From contig CM121342.1 in the NCBI GenBank assembly GCA_051530055.1, positions 14,027,480 to 14,091,479 of the forward strand: 64,000 nucleotides of DNA, read 5' to 3'. The notes below the pieces were generated by a model that ran no database searches, had not been told where the DNA came from, and was given only the letters and a program-made list of their open reading frames with translations. A program made the translations under genes and the position numbers. Shown here one piece after another: positions 37,037-49,800 of this stretch (within the stretch, counting starts at the first letter, position 1; each line of letters begins with the position of its first letter). This DNA comes from Neoechinorhynchus agilis. Lineage: Eukaryota > Animalia > Acanthocephala.

Positions 37037-39779
37037 GCTGTTAAGTTCCTTAATTCGTTTAATGCATTTTTAGCAGTTCGCTGTATTTGTGTAATTAAGA
37101 TCAGTAGTTTTTTACTCTTTATCGCTGGTCGATAAAAAGTTTATAGGTTTCCAGAACCACCTATAGATTTGGGCAATCTGAGCTCTATCTCTATCCTGTA
37201 TTTACAGAAGGCTTTATTTGCCATGAACAACATGCAGCGAAATGGTGTTTTTGTTGCCGGTTGGATCATGTTGGAAAACTGAAGATAGCGGGCGTTTATT
37301 TTATAGACATCGAACCTAGATTTACCGCAAACTAACGAGCCTATATTCGTTCCAGTCGCAAATGAGAATCGATTACACAAAGAATCTATTTCTTCGCATA
37401 ATAAACTCCATTTTACACGTTATTTAAAATTTTAGTTTAAATCTTCAACTCGACAGGCCGCGATGATGTTTTTGTTTATATCGTCTATACTAAGGGTTTG
37501 CATTGCATTGAAGGTTCGCGATAATATTGTCCAAAATCGTTTAATATTTTCGCTTATTCCTGTTTAGTATTTATTACCCTTTTTGCTTTAACTTCGAGTT
37601 TATCAAACAAAGAGCATCAATTGCGAGAAGATTAAGGTTGGCTGCAAATGAATACTTATAGTTTTCCCTTAATTGGCGTATCTTGATATATGCAAGGTCA
37701 AAACTATTCTTTTAGAAGTCACTTTTAAGGACATTCCATAAATACAGCACTCTGTTTTTCGGCATTCAAGATTGGTGTCTTACCTTGCAAAACCACAATG
37801 AGTGTCGATATTTCGAATGTCTTTTTTGTAACTCAGTTAAGTCGTCATTAGTTCTGAGCAATCGTGCGTTTTCCATCTTCCTTTTTGGGGAATGCTAATA
37901 TCTATGAAGACAACTTCAGCCAAAGTAAAATCAGCTTTTCGTCGTCTTCATTACAACAAGGCTCCGTTCCCTCAGCATTTCTTGTAACGTGCTATGTAAT
38001 GCGGTACTGCAACCCGTCCTTCAACATGTTCGGTTTTGTCGAAAGTTTCCTCGGTCGATATGATAGAGGCAAATGTAAAAGAGGGTATAACTCACTTTTT
38101 ATGCCGCTTCTGATATGCAAGGTGAGCAAAATCCACATAAGGGCACCTAAACGTTGAGGATGGTCGAATTCTGACATTGTTGGCCTTTGGTATTTTTCCT
38201 TAAATTTTAAATTGCGTATTTACCTCTTCGGTTATAACATCGCTTGTATTTAGTCATTCACAAACATTTTAGCAACCCAAAAAAAGACTCGATTATTCAT
38301 TTTGATATTTTGTAAGTCGTATATTCATTATGCATTCATACAACTCTTTTCTGTTCGTGACTAATGTATCTCTTGCTCATCTAATCTGTTAACCAGCTAG
38401 AAGATCGTTTTAGACGTGATCTGATTTGTGCAATTATTCCCATACACCATTTTTGGCGAAATGTTGTTCTAGAATTTATCGAAGTCAACACTTGGACAAT
38501 TTCCAGGGTTTAAAACGTGTTTCAATTTCGTAATTTGTTTCAAAATCATACTAATATTCGTGATGGATTTTTATATTAAAACAATTTAAGTGCTAGTTTT
38601 TTAACGTTTTCTCATATACATATAAAATACCGTGCTGTTACTCCACTTTGGGAGTTTTGAGTTGTAGTTCTTGAAACGACGCTACGATCGAAAATGTAAC
38701 AAAACTCCGATTTTTGATATTGATACGATAAATGCAGAATTGCTTCATTTTGAGCTTAAATTTATTTGCTTTATATAGGTAGTGAATAAAAACGATTCAA
38801 TTGTCATTGGCTTTTATGTTTGGTATCACGACGGCTGCCCAAAAAAGAAAATAACCATTTTTACAGCAACGTACCTATTTTAAAGTAACAATGGGTTACT
38901 AATCTTACTGTCTCCTAATTTCCTTTCTAAATTCGCTGAAATTTGGATACACACCTATGAAAAACCTTGCCCGATATCCTTTTTGAAAAGGAATTATATT
39001 ATCTTCATATCACAAATTATTTAAATGTGCAAAATCATATTCTATCGCGGGTTTTCTAAATGCTACTCCTATAAGTTATCAAAAACAAATTCTTGCTTTC
39101 TTCGAGTTGTTCAGCTGAACACAGTATTCCGTTCACAGCAATCTAGCCCTCGAATATATGCTTAGTAGTTCTAGTCTTACTCTTTCATCGCCGATTTTAA
39201 AACTCCAATAGAAATCGGTTTAATAATAGCTTTTTTTGATTAATAAATTTAGTCTCACTGCTCCTTAGTTCATTTCTCCTATAAAATGTTGCATCTTGCT
39301 TGCTATATGCAAGCAAATTAACAGAAATATCTAGACCATCCAAGGAGACGAACGTTTGTATGAATTTTGGGCACGCTGAAGCAGTGCAACTAATTTTGCT
39401 ACTACTTTAATCGTGAGATATATAAGTTAAAAATTGTCCACGCAAATATTGCCTATTAAGTGGATTTGCGTTACTTGTATACGCAAATTATGCATCCTAA
39501 ATTTTACGCCCTTATCAAATGAGAAGAATGTTATTCGACTAAACAACCCTCGGAATGTTATTGAACTGAAAATCCCTCCGATTTAAGTCCACAATATATA
39601 GCGCTGAACATCAAAGTAATACCTTTTAAAACTAATTTTAATCAATCAGAATTATTTAGAATTGATTTGTATTGAGCATTGATATGTTTATAAGCACGTA
39701 AAGAAGCTCGCTTAGTCACCGATAGATTTTTCTGCTCAACAGATTCTCAGAGAACATTAATACCAACATTCTTTATTTT

Positions 39780-40180
39780 CGTCTTTGCTTTTCATCCTTG
39801 CCAACAGCGTTTTTAAATTCTCTTCACATAACAAAATTGTAGCCTCATTCGTCTTTTGCGCACATAATTTATGGCACGAACTTTCAACAACAACAATTGC
39901 GCTTGAGAGGCTGCTAGACGGCTGAATGCATTTTTATTGATTGAGCGTCAAATTCACATTGAGGTACTGTAGGAGGCATTTTTCTGTTGTATTGACGGTA
40001 ACCGTCGGTTGTGCACCCAAAAAACCTATTGAAAAGTGAGGGGTCCGTTTATCTAAACCAATCGTTCGGAATGATGACTCTCGTTTTCTATTACATCTGA
40101 CTTTATGGCAGCAATGTGAGATTGAACAGACTATTCGTCTGAGAAACCGCATTTCATAGACCGTTCTAATGCATGTATAC
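39780..40180 (-). mobile_element. Possible RTE-like LINE C-terminal relic
   Basis: EMRFLRRI...KVR.N..RE followed by RRMRLQFCYVKRI loosely matches RTE C-terminal motifs. Heavily decayed. Confidence 0.3.
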
Positions 40181-40226
40181 ACTATTGCGCATTACGATTC
40201 CTACTCATATTGCCTTTTAGAGTCCA

Positions 40227-41344
40227 ATGCGGGTACAGTACACACCAATCCTTGTAATAACCTGCGCATTAGTGTTGATGTGGACCCTTTTTTACACCAG
40301 TAGAGATAAACTTGAGACCAGTAGATTCGTTTGGCCCCACAGACTACAACAAAATACGAGTTCAACTCGTTCTCAAATATGGACTTCATCGTGTGAACAC
40401 CTCGATATTTTCGGTACATTCCCAAAAGCAAAGTTCGATCAACCACTACCTTATTGTCCAGAATCAACGGGAGATTATAACCATAATATCGGAAATAACA
40501 TTCCTGTAAACCTAACTAAGCCTAATCAACTGGAATTTTCGGATGTAGAATACGGAGGACATTGGAATCCCGTAAACTGTCAACCCATTCATGGACGGAC
40601 TTTGATAATCGTAGTCTTAAGAAATCGGGAAAATCATCTCTCCCTTTTTCTCAGCAAAATCCACCCATTCCTACAGCTCCAACACATCCCTTATTCAATT
40701 TTAGTGGTAAACCAGCTTGGGCATGAACCATTTAATCGTGGCACAATGTTCAATATTGGATATTTCGCCGCACGACAGTCCCGGTACGAATGCTTTATAC
40801 TCTCTGATGTTGACATGATTCCCGATAAGTACGAGAATATGTATGTTTGCAATCAAACATTTCCCAGGCATTTATCTTCGGCTGTCTCGACTTTCAATTA
40901 CAAACTCCCCTATTTGACGAACTTTGGGGGCGTTGTCGCTTTCACCGGTGAACAGTTTGAGAAAATCAACGGATATTCTAGGAGCTACGGATCATTAATA
41001 AAAACGGGGTTCCGCTTGTGATCCTCTGCTATAACCTCTATTGGGGATGGGGTGGAGAAGATGATGATCTGTATAAGAGAGCCATGAAGAAGTATGGGAA
41101 AGTGGATCGTCCTTCTGCTAAAATCGGTCGAATAACTCACATATCTCATGATGCGCACCAAAGCGCCCCAAAAAACCCGATCAGATTAAAAATTCTAAAA
41201 ACAGCAAGAGACTATTCGACCGAAGGTCTTAATACATTCGGCGATTTTTGTTATTGTCTTGGCACTGCAAAATATAATATTTATAGTCAAATCAATGTAC
41301 AGTGCGTCAATCCTACTCCAGAGGAAATTTTCGCTCGATTGTAG
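40227..41344 (+). CDS. B4GALT: Beta-1,4-galactosyltransferase family (GT7), type II membrane protein, interrupted at 40980-41032
   Basis: N-terminal TM segment, RNRENHL..FL..IHPFLQ.Q, FNRGTMFNIG, CFILSDVDMIP, PRHLSSAVSTFNYKLPY..FGGV, GYS|NLYWGWGGEDDDL. Confidence 0.93.
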
Positions 41345-43167
41345 CGAACCAAAGAAGTTGGGTGCAGCACGGGTATGTCTATACTTGAAGATGAAGATTG
41401 TTTGTGCCAAAAAGAAAAACGCTTTACTTACTGACGATTGTGAGTACGTTATATTTTGAATGTTTGTTGGCAAATTCTTTAGCTTTCTTAAGTGAACATT
41501 ATCATACTCACAAGTGCCAGCAAAGCATACGTTTGCTAGTAAAAATATTAAAATATAAAACATTTTATGTAAATTTCTGGTAACATTTATTCATGCTGTG
41601 ATTTCAAAACTTAATTCAAATATAAAAAACACATAATTTTTATTACGTGTAATAAATGGAAACGCTCCAATTAAAACGTGTATTCGCTCGATGCAACTGC
41701 TCAAATTATAAAGCGACGCTAAAAATATTTTCGTTACAAAATTTTTCAAGTAAAACAAAATAGCTTTTATTTAAAAAGGCGAAAAGAAGCATTTACCTCA
41801 CTCAGTTCACTTTCGTTCCATAAATACGAGTCTGCGGTTAAGCAAATTTGAGAATTTTTCTTGCTGTAGAACTTCCATGTAATCAACATCGATTTGCTAT
41901 TCGAAGCATGGTTCTGTGTCGCGTCGATTCCCTGTATGCAGAGAACCTTTGATATTCAGCACCAAAATTAAAGGCATTCGTAATCATAATTTTTACTAGT
42001 TAATTCGATGCTAATTTCATTATAGGTTTGAATAAATCATTGAATGTTAGAATATCTCACTAATAAAATCATTTAAAGGGTCAAGTATCATGTAATGACG
42101 AAATCAATGAGTTAAAAGGATCTAAAACTTATTCTAATGAACGAAATGGACATTAGAAAATATTAAAACACTCAATGATATATAAAGAGCAGTTCAGGAA
42201 GGATATAGGTTCTGAGGATTTAAGGATACATTCAACACTCAGAACTTCCATCCTTTGCGGGGACTTTGAAGATATAGAATAATCGCGTGTTTTTATTTGA
42301 AATGATGAATGTAATGAATTCAAAAATACATGCGGTATTCAATGAATTGAATAACAATTTGCGTCGCAAAGGTTTTAGTCTTGTTCACGCAACTTTGTTC
42401 AACGTATAAAAATTCTAGGGTGCCGCAACTTTGATTTAAGGGCAATTATTGTGTCTATAGCGATCATTATATCGCTATCAAAACCTATCATTCACTTGAT
42501 TAAAAATGAATGCCAGTCAACCGATAATTAGAAAAGCAAAAACGAAAAGAGTTGACCTTCGTGTAATAAAATTGGTGGCAAGTTCGATTGCTCGAAGCGC
42601 TGATTAATTGTTTTTTATGAGAAATTCAAGGTTTTGCGGCAATAGAGTTACCTAAGTGAAACTTTCATGTTCGAAAATAATATATACGGAAGCGCCTACA
42701 TTCATAATATATAAATTAGGAAGCCAATTAAGACTGATGAGCTAAATTTTGTTGAGACCAGTAAATCCGTCAAGACTAATTTCTCCCTAACTTGACTTTA
42801 GCGGAAATAACAAAGATTTTTGAAATAGAAGGAGGAGTGGGGGCTGTTTTGAGTATTAATTGATTCATTAGCTTTGTTTTTCGTTGTTTCTAATGGGGAC
42901 GCGCCGGAATGCAATATAAAGCCTCTTACGTCTTCCATAAAAACAAGTGATTTTTGGTGTGTTGTCTTCGTCTATTTTCGTATATATCGTTTGAGACGAT
43001 GAATTAGCTTGTGAGACATTGAAAGAGATTGAGAAAGATGTGACGGTGTTTGTTAGCTCAACTATGACATTCGTCTGCGCCATCATACCCACACATTTTT
43101 ATAGAACCTTCCATAACACCGAAACTACTTTTTTTGGCCCTAGCGTGTTAAAACACAGGACCGAAGG

Positions 43168-44498
43168 ATGCACTTGTCGTTGTCGGGCGGTGGATTCTTG
43201 GGAGCATTTCATCTGGGCGTTGTTGACTTTTTCCGGATTTATGCACCCCAAGTGATTGAAGGCCCCATTATTGGAACAAGTGTAGGAGCGCTGGTGGCTG
43301 CTACCACTTGTTGCAGTGTCTGCTTCGGTAAGTACATTGGCTTTCACTCCTTTATTGTGGATTTTGCTCGAAGATCGATTGATAATCGAGCTCATGAAGT
43401 TGACCGCGGGTGTTCGATCAATCCATCCGTGGGTCGTGAATCCGCAGTTTAAGCTCTCAGATGCTATAAGAAGATCACTGGACAGGTCGGTGCTTTGGCC
43501 ACCCGCCTTTTTTGTCATAATCGGTGGCAATTCATAGTATACTTCCTTCAAATGCCCATTCAATTTGCTCAGGACGTCTTCATGTGTCGTTGACAAAGTG
43601 GAGGGAAACGGAGCACCACATGGTGTCGCACTTTGAGACTCGCGAAGAACTCATTGAGGTTGGCTTCACGGTACACGATCTGCCTAACATTGAATTTCAC
43701 AGGTTCTCGTTTGTAGCTCATTTATCCCGATATTGTCAGGACTCATTCCTCCTAAGTATAAAGGCGAGGTATAAACGTTTGCTGCCTGAAAACACCTCAC
43801 TAATTATGACCTGTTAGTATTATTGGGACGGCGGTGTCACTCAGAATTGCCCTGCTGTGGATGAGGCAACTATACGAGTCTGTCCTTTAACATCATGCGC
43901 AGAAATCTGCCCTCCAAGCGATCACAAACCCGAACAAAGTAATAGTTGGTTTAATAAAATCTGGACTAAACAGGACGTGACTGTCAGTGGAATGTCTTTC
44001 AAATTTTGCTGGTCAAATGTGCGCAAATTCGTATACTCTCTGATGCCAAGGGATCCAAGTTCTTTTTGTGAACTTTACGAGAGCGGATATACGGCAGCTT
44101 TGCAGTTTAGTCGTTCTCAAATGTCGATTAAGATCGATGAGGCCGATGCAACGAGTCGAATGCAGAAAACTATCGACAATATTGCAAAACTAGCTCATTC
44201 GTTCAATTACGCGAATTCAGAGAAAGATTCAAGTAATGGGTACGTTAAAGTTGCCCTAAAAGTCTGGGCTATGCCAATGACAATATGTTGGCACATGACT
44301 CCGTTTAGTTCTAAATTGAGGTACGTTTCGAGCGACAGTGGTCGTCTCTTTGACAGCGCTTTTAGTGTCCCTGATGAATCAATGAATCAGCTGTCAAGAA
44401 AACATGAATCCGAATGCTGGCAATGCGATTTGTTCAATAGATATAATCAAATGATGCTTAATTTAATCAAGGCGTCAAAAGACATGATGAGTAAATAA
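43168..44498 (+). CDS. Patatin-like phospholipase (ATGL/PNPLA2-3-like), four GT-AG introns
   Basis: LSLSGGGFLGAFHLGV, GTSVG nucleophile elbow, LHVSLT, CSSFIP, YYWDGG. Splicing with canonical sites restores a continuous frame. Confidence 0.92.
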
Positions 44499-44619
44499 AG
44501 GATTTTATTTAAGAGACAAAAAAGCAGTCCTATTGAGAGTACCCACTTTTTCTTGAGTATTTTCCATTAAAAAACGAATCCTTTTTACCTGTTACTTGGC
44601 ACTTATCCTCCTACAGGTC

Positions 44620-46197
44620 TCACCGACCAATATTACGTCGTTTTCGTGGTCTAGTCATCGCCTTTCTCCTCGACCGGGTACTTTGTTTCTTAAACCTAAG
44701 CAAATAATCTGGAACATCGCCACCCGACTGCTTTACTAAATTGGCTATGCTAAAAAATAAGGTGGCGATTTCAGCAAAACTAAGATGCAAACCTTCTAAG
44801 TATTGGAATTTCCTCGTCTGTGTAGAACGTAATGGCAGTTCCAGTCTTTCCAGCACGTCCGGCTCGACCAATTCGATGAATATACGAAACCGCACTTGAT
44901 GGAATGTCGTAATTAATTACGAGGCTGACTTCTTTAAAGTCCATGCCACGACCCATTAGGTCTGTGCAGATGAGCACCCATATTCTACCGTCAGCAAATG
45001 CTTCCACAATTTTCTCTCTTTGGTTGTTAGTAAGATCAGAATGAATAGCTCCAACCATGATGCCGTCATAGAGAAGTTCCTTAAAGAGTTCAGCAGCTCT
45101 TTGTTTCGTTTCAACGAAAATGAGGATCGGAGGCAGAAAGCCTTCGCGCAATACGTTGCGAAGACCGAGTAATTTCCCGTCTTCACATCCGCAGTAAAGT
45201 AATCGCTGCTTCACTGAATCGACGGCTGCATTACGACTTCCAACGGTCACATGAACAAATCCCTCATTAGCAGTTCTACACCACGTCTCCACGTCGTGAG
45301 AATACGTAGCGCTAAACAATGCTCGCTTTAGTTCACTGGAACTACATTTCTCAAAAATCAAGGGTAACTAGATGATAAAAAAATCAGTTTATCGCTCACT
45401 GTAACTTGGCTTACTTGTTCCCTGAAGCATCTTTTGCCTGTAGCCTCAAAGAGTTTGTCTGCTTCGTCGAGAACAAGATACTCAACATTAGAGAGATCCA
45501 GAATTATATTGTCTTCCGATAACAAGTGAACCAGGCGATTGGGTGTAGAGATGAGGATCCTGTACCGTTCTTTGCTTCCAGTTTTCTTCATTCGTTCGGA
45601 TAGTTTTTTTACGGCCGTCTTTGTGAGCTTAGGAAGCATTAGAGATCGAAACCACAATCCGCTGGTAAGACTTTCACATTGTGAGTGAATTTGTGTGGCC
45701 AACTCACGGGATGGAGCAAGTACGAGTGCCCTAAATCCACATTCTGACTGATCTCGTAAAGCTAAGTTTCCAACAAGAGGAATAAGAAATGCCAATGTCT
45801 TCCCACTGCCAGTCGGAGCACAGACCATAAGCTCTCGCTTCTTTAAAAGAAGTGGGATTGACTGCATCTGAACCGGAGTAAACACAGAATGTCCAATGGA
45901 ACGCAAATTGGATGTGAATGCCCCGGGAAACTCCCAAGATTTGATCAGGTCGTCAATTGTTGTCAAAAGCGGACATTCGCATCCTTCAACCCGTATTTTG
46001 TTAGCTTTTCGAATGCTATCATGGTCATCTTTAGTGGAGCCCAGATAAACCCAACCGTCAACGGATAAGTCCCTTTTTTCTGTTTGAAAGTGCGGCTTAC
46101 AACTAACCATCAATTCAAATAGTACAAACCCAATAAAGGAGGAGCATTCGCAATTCCATTAGTTATAAGCGAATACACCTTCTCAAGACTGTCCATT
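44620..46197 (-). CDS. DDX52: DEAD-box helicase DDX52/ROK1, GT-AG introns near 45354-45404 and 44748-44790; 5' exon uncertain
   Basis: TPVQMQSIP, APTGSGKT, LAPSRELATQI, LDEAD, FSAT, PPILIFVETKQRA, WVLICTDLMGRGMDF, YIHRIGRAGRAG, IANLVKQSG. Confidence 0.93.
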
Positions 46198-46298
46198 GCT
46201 TTAAAAAGAAATTATTCGTATACAAGGGGAAAGCGTATAACGATTCGGGAAGACTTGAGAAGATCTCGCTTGCATTTAAATCAGTAGGAAAATATGAA

Positions 46299-46678
46299 AT
46301 GTCCACCCAGAGGGGAAATGACCAAAGGAAAAGAGCACAAAAACATCAAAACAGTAGGGCGTTCGTAAACAATCTGTACGACAAGAGCCATAATACCCGC
46401 CGGATTAACGATCTAATACATGACGATCTATGTGACCGCTGCAAGGCTATAATTGAGTGGAAAGTTAAATTCAAAAAATATAAGCCACGAACAACACCAA
46501 CCAAATGTGTCAAATGCCTTCAACCAGGAAGCGTACAAAGGAGCTATCGAACAATTTGCAACAGGTGTAATCCGAAGTATTCATTTAAATATTTCCCTTC
46601 AATGAAAACTTCTGTAGAAACAATGAAGACGGCTCAGCGACATGTGCAAAGTGCTCATCACCAATGCCAAAGCAGTGA
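46299..46678 (+). CDS. C9orf85-like small Cys-rich protein, GT-AG intron at 46565-46617
   Basis: MSTQRGNDQRKRAQKHQN..AF.N..YD...CDRCKAIIEWKVKFKKYKP...P.KCVKC...YRTICNR|NN...TCAKC. Splicing gives a stop at 46676-46678. Confidence 0.85.
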
Positions 46679-46809
46679 TTCGCCGCGCTTAAGACAATGT
46701 GACAAATTATCAAGACCCAACTGTCCGCTCCGTTTTGCTATTGAACGATTTTGTCAATTGTACTTGCCTAAGAAAACTTGTTTGGGCGTGCCGGCGAAAA
46801 CACCAACGC

Positions 46810-49800
46810 GCCCACAAATCCGAATTAACGAATACACGCGCACAAGAATACCCGAGAATACATACTGGCGACCGCGATTGCGGATTCGACCGTGCAAACA
46901 AATAGTAAAATGCCTGCGCACAAATAATAAACACGCATTATATTCGGAGGCATGATTGAATATCCTAGGATACTAACTGATAGAACGAATTTCGTAAGCG
47001 CGCGAGCTCATGAGTTCATAGACGTACACAAACAAACAATAAACGTTGAATACGTATACACGAATAAACGGGAATACATACTACTGAACGCGATTGACGA
47101 TGCATTCGGGCAAACAAACAGTACAATGCCTGAGCACAAATAATAAACACGCATTATATTCGGAAGCATGCATGAATACTCGAGGATACTAACTGATAGA
47201 ACGAACTTCGTAAGCGCGCGAGCTCATGAGTTCATACACGTACACAAACAAACAATAAACGTTGAATACGTATACACGAATAAACGGGAATACATACTGG
47301 CGAACGCGATTGCGGATGCGATCGGGCAAACAAATAGTAAAACGCCTGAGCACAAATAATAAACACGCATTATATTCGGAAGCATGCATGAATACTCGAG
47401 GATACTAACTGATAGAACGAACTTCGTAAGCGCGCGAGCTCATGAGTTCATACACGTACACAAACAAACAATAAACGTTGAATACGTATACACGAATAAA
47501 CGGGAATACATACTCCCGAACGCGATTGCGGATTCGATCGGGCAAACAAATAGTAAAATGCCTGCGCACAAATAATAAACACGCATTATATTGGCATGCA
47601 TGAATACTCGAGGATACTAACTGATAGAACGAACTTCGTAAGCGCGCGAGCTCATGAGTTCATACACGTACACAAACAAACAATAAACGTTGAATACGTA
47701 TACACGAATAAACGGGAATACATACTCCCAAACGCGATTGCGGATTCGATCGGGCAAACAAATAGTAAAATGCCTGCGCACAAATAATAAACACGCATTA
47801 TATTCGGAAGCATGCATGAATATCCGAGGATACTTACTGATAGAACGAACTTCGTAAACGCGCGAGATCATGGGTTCATACACGAAAACAAAGAAACAAT
47901 AAACGTTGAATACGTATACACGAATAAACGGGAATACATACTGCCGACCGCGATTGCAGATGCGATCGGGCAAACATATAGTAAAACGCCTAAGCACAAA
48001 TGAATACTCGAGGATACTAACTGATAGAACGAACTTCGTAAGCACGTGAGCTCATGAGTTCATACACGTACACAAACAAACAATAAACGTTGAATACGTA
48101 TACACGAATAAACGGGAATACATACTGGCGACCGCGATTGCGGAAGCAACCGGGCAAACCAATAGTGAAACGCTTGAGCACAAATAAAAACTCGAGGATA
48201 CTAACTGATAGAACGAACTTCGTAAGCGCGCGAGCTCATGAGTTCATAAACGTACACAAACAAACAACAAACGTTAAATACGTATACACGAATAAACGGG
48301 AATACATACTGGCGACCACGAATGCGGATGCGATCGCGCAAACATATAGTAAAACGCCTGAGCACAAATGAATACTCGAGGATACTAACTGATAGAACAA
48401 ACTTCGTAAGCACGTGAGCTCATGAGTTCATACACGTACACAAACAAACAATAAACGTTGAATACGTATACAGGAATAAACGGGAATACATACTGGCAAC
48501 CGCGATTGCGGATGTGATCGGGCAAACAAATAGTAAAACGCCCGAGCACAAATAATAAACACGACTTATATTCGGAAGCATGCATGAATACTCGAATATA
48601 CTCACTGATAGAAGGAACTTCGTAAGCGCGCGAGCTCATGAGTTAATACACGTACACAAACAAACAATAAACGTTGAATACGTATACACGAATAAACGGG
48701 AATACATACTGGCGACCGCGATTGCGGATGCAACCGGGCAAACAAATAGTAAAACGCCTGAGCACAAATAAATACTCGAGGATACCAACTGATAGAACGA
48801 ACTTCGTATGCACGTGAGCTCATGAGTTCATAAACGTACACAAACAAACAACAAACGTTAAATACGTATACACGAATAAACGGGAATACATACTGGCGAC
48901 AGCGATTGCGGATGCGATCGGGCAAACAAATAGTAAAACGCCTAAGCACAAATAAATACTCGGGGATACAAACTGATAGAACGAACTTCGTAAGCGTGTG
49001 AGCTCATGAGTTCATACACGTACACAAACAAACAATAAACGTTGAATATGTATACAGGAATAAACGGGAATACATACTGGCGACCGCGATTGCGGATGCG
49101 ATCGGGCAAACAAATAGTAAAACGCCTGAGCACAAATAATAAACACGCATTATATTCGGAAGCATGCATGAATATCCGAGGATACTAACTGATAGAACGA
49201 ACTTCGTAAGCGCGTGAGCTCATGAGTTCATACACGTACACAAACAAACAATAAACGTTGAATACGTATACACGAATAAACGGGAATACATACTCCCGAA
49301 CGCGATTGCGGATGCGATCGGGCAAACAAATAGTAAAACGCCTGAGCACAAATAATAAACACGTATTATATTCGGAAGCATGCATGAATATTTGAGGATA
49401 CTAACTGATAGAACGAACTTCGTAAGCGCGCGAGCTCATGAGTTCATACACGTACACAAACAAACAATAAACGTTGAATACGTATACACGAATAAACGGG
49501 AATACATACTCCCGAACGCGATTGCGGATGCGATCGGGCAAACAAATAGTAAAATGCCTGAGCACAAATAATAAACACGCATTATATTCGGAAGCATGCA
49601 TGAATATCCGAGGATACTAACTGATAGAACGAACTTCGTAAGCGCGCGAGCTCATGAGTTCATTCACGTACACAAACAAACAATAAACGTTGAATACGTA
49701 TATACGAATAAACGGGAATACATACTCCCGAACGCGATTGCGGATGCGATCGGGCAAACAAATAGTAAAATGCCTGCGCACAAATAATAAACACGCATTA

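Noticed and set aside
40973-41035. U12-type AT-AC intron (ATATTCT...TATAAC) in B4GALT
   Set aside because: That join puts the WGWGGEDD exon out of frame.
42199-42255. Small imperfect hairpin (gttctgag / ctcagaac)
   Set aside because: It is too short and has no second copy in the window.
46565-46955. C9orf85-like ORF extending into the satellite (218 aa)
   Set aside because: A canonical intron at 46565-46617 restores the final CAKC motif and stops at 46678, before the array.
47195-47230. Hammerhead in the satellite monomer (CUGAUAGA-ACGAACUUCGU-AAGCGCG)
   Set aside because: There is an extra base in the CUGANGA box, no GAAA after the stem, and no stem I pairing. The resemblance is suggestive only.
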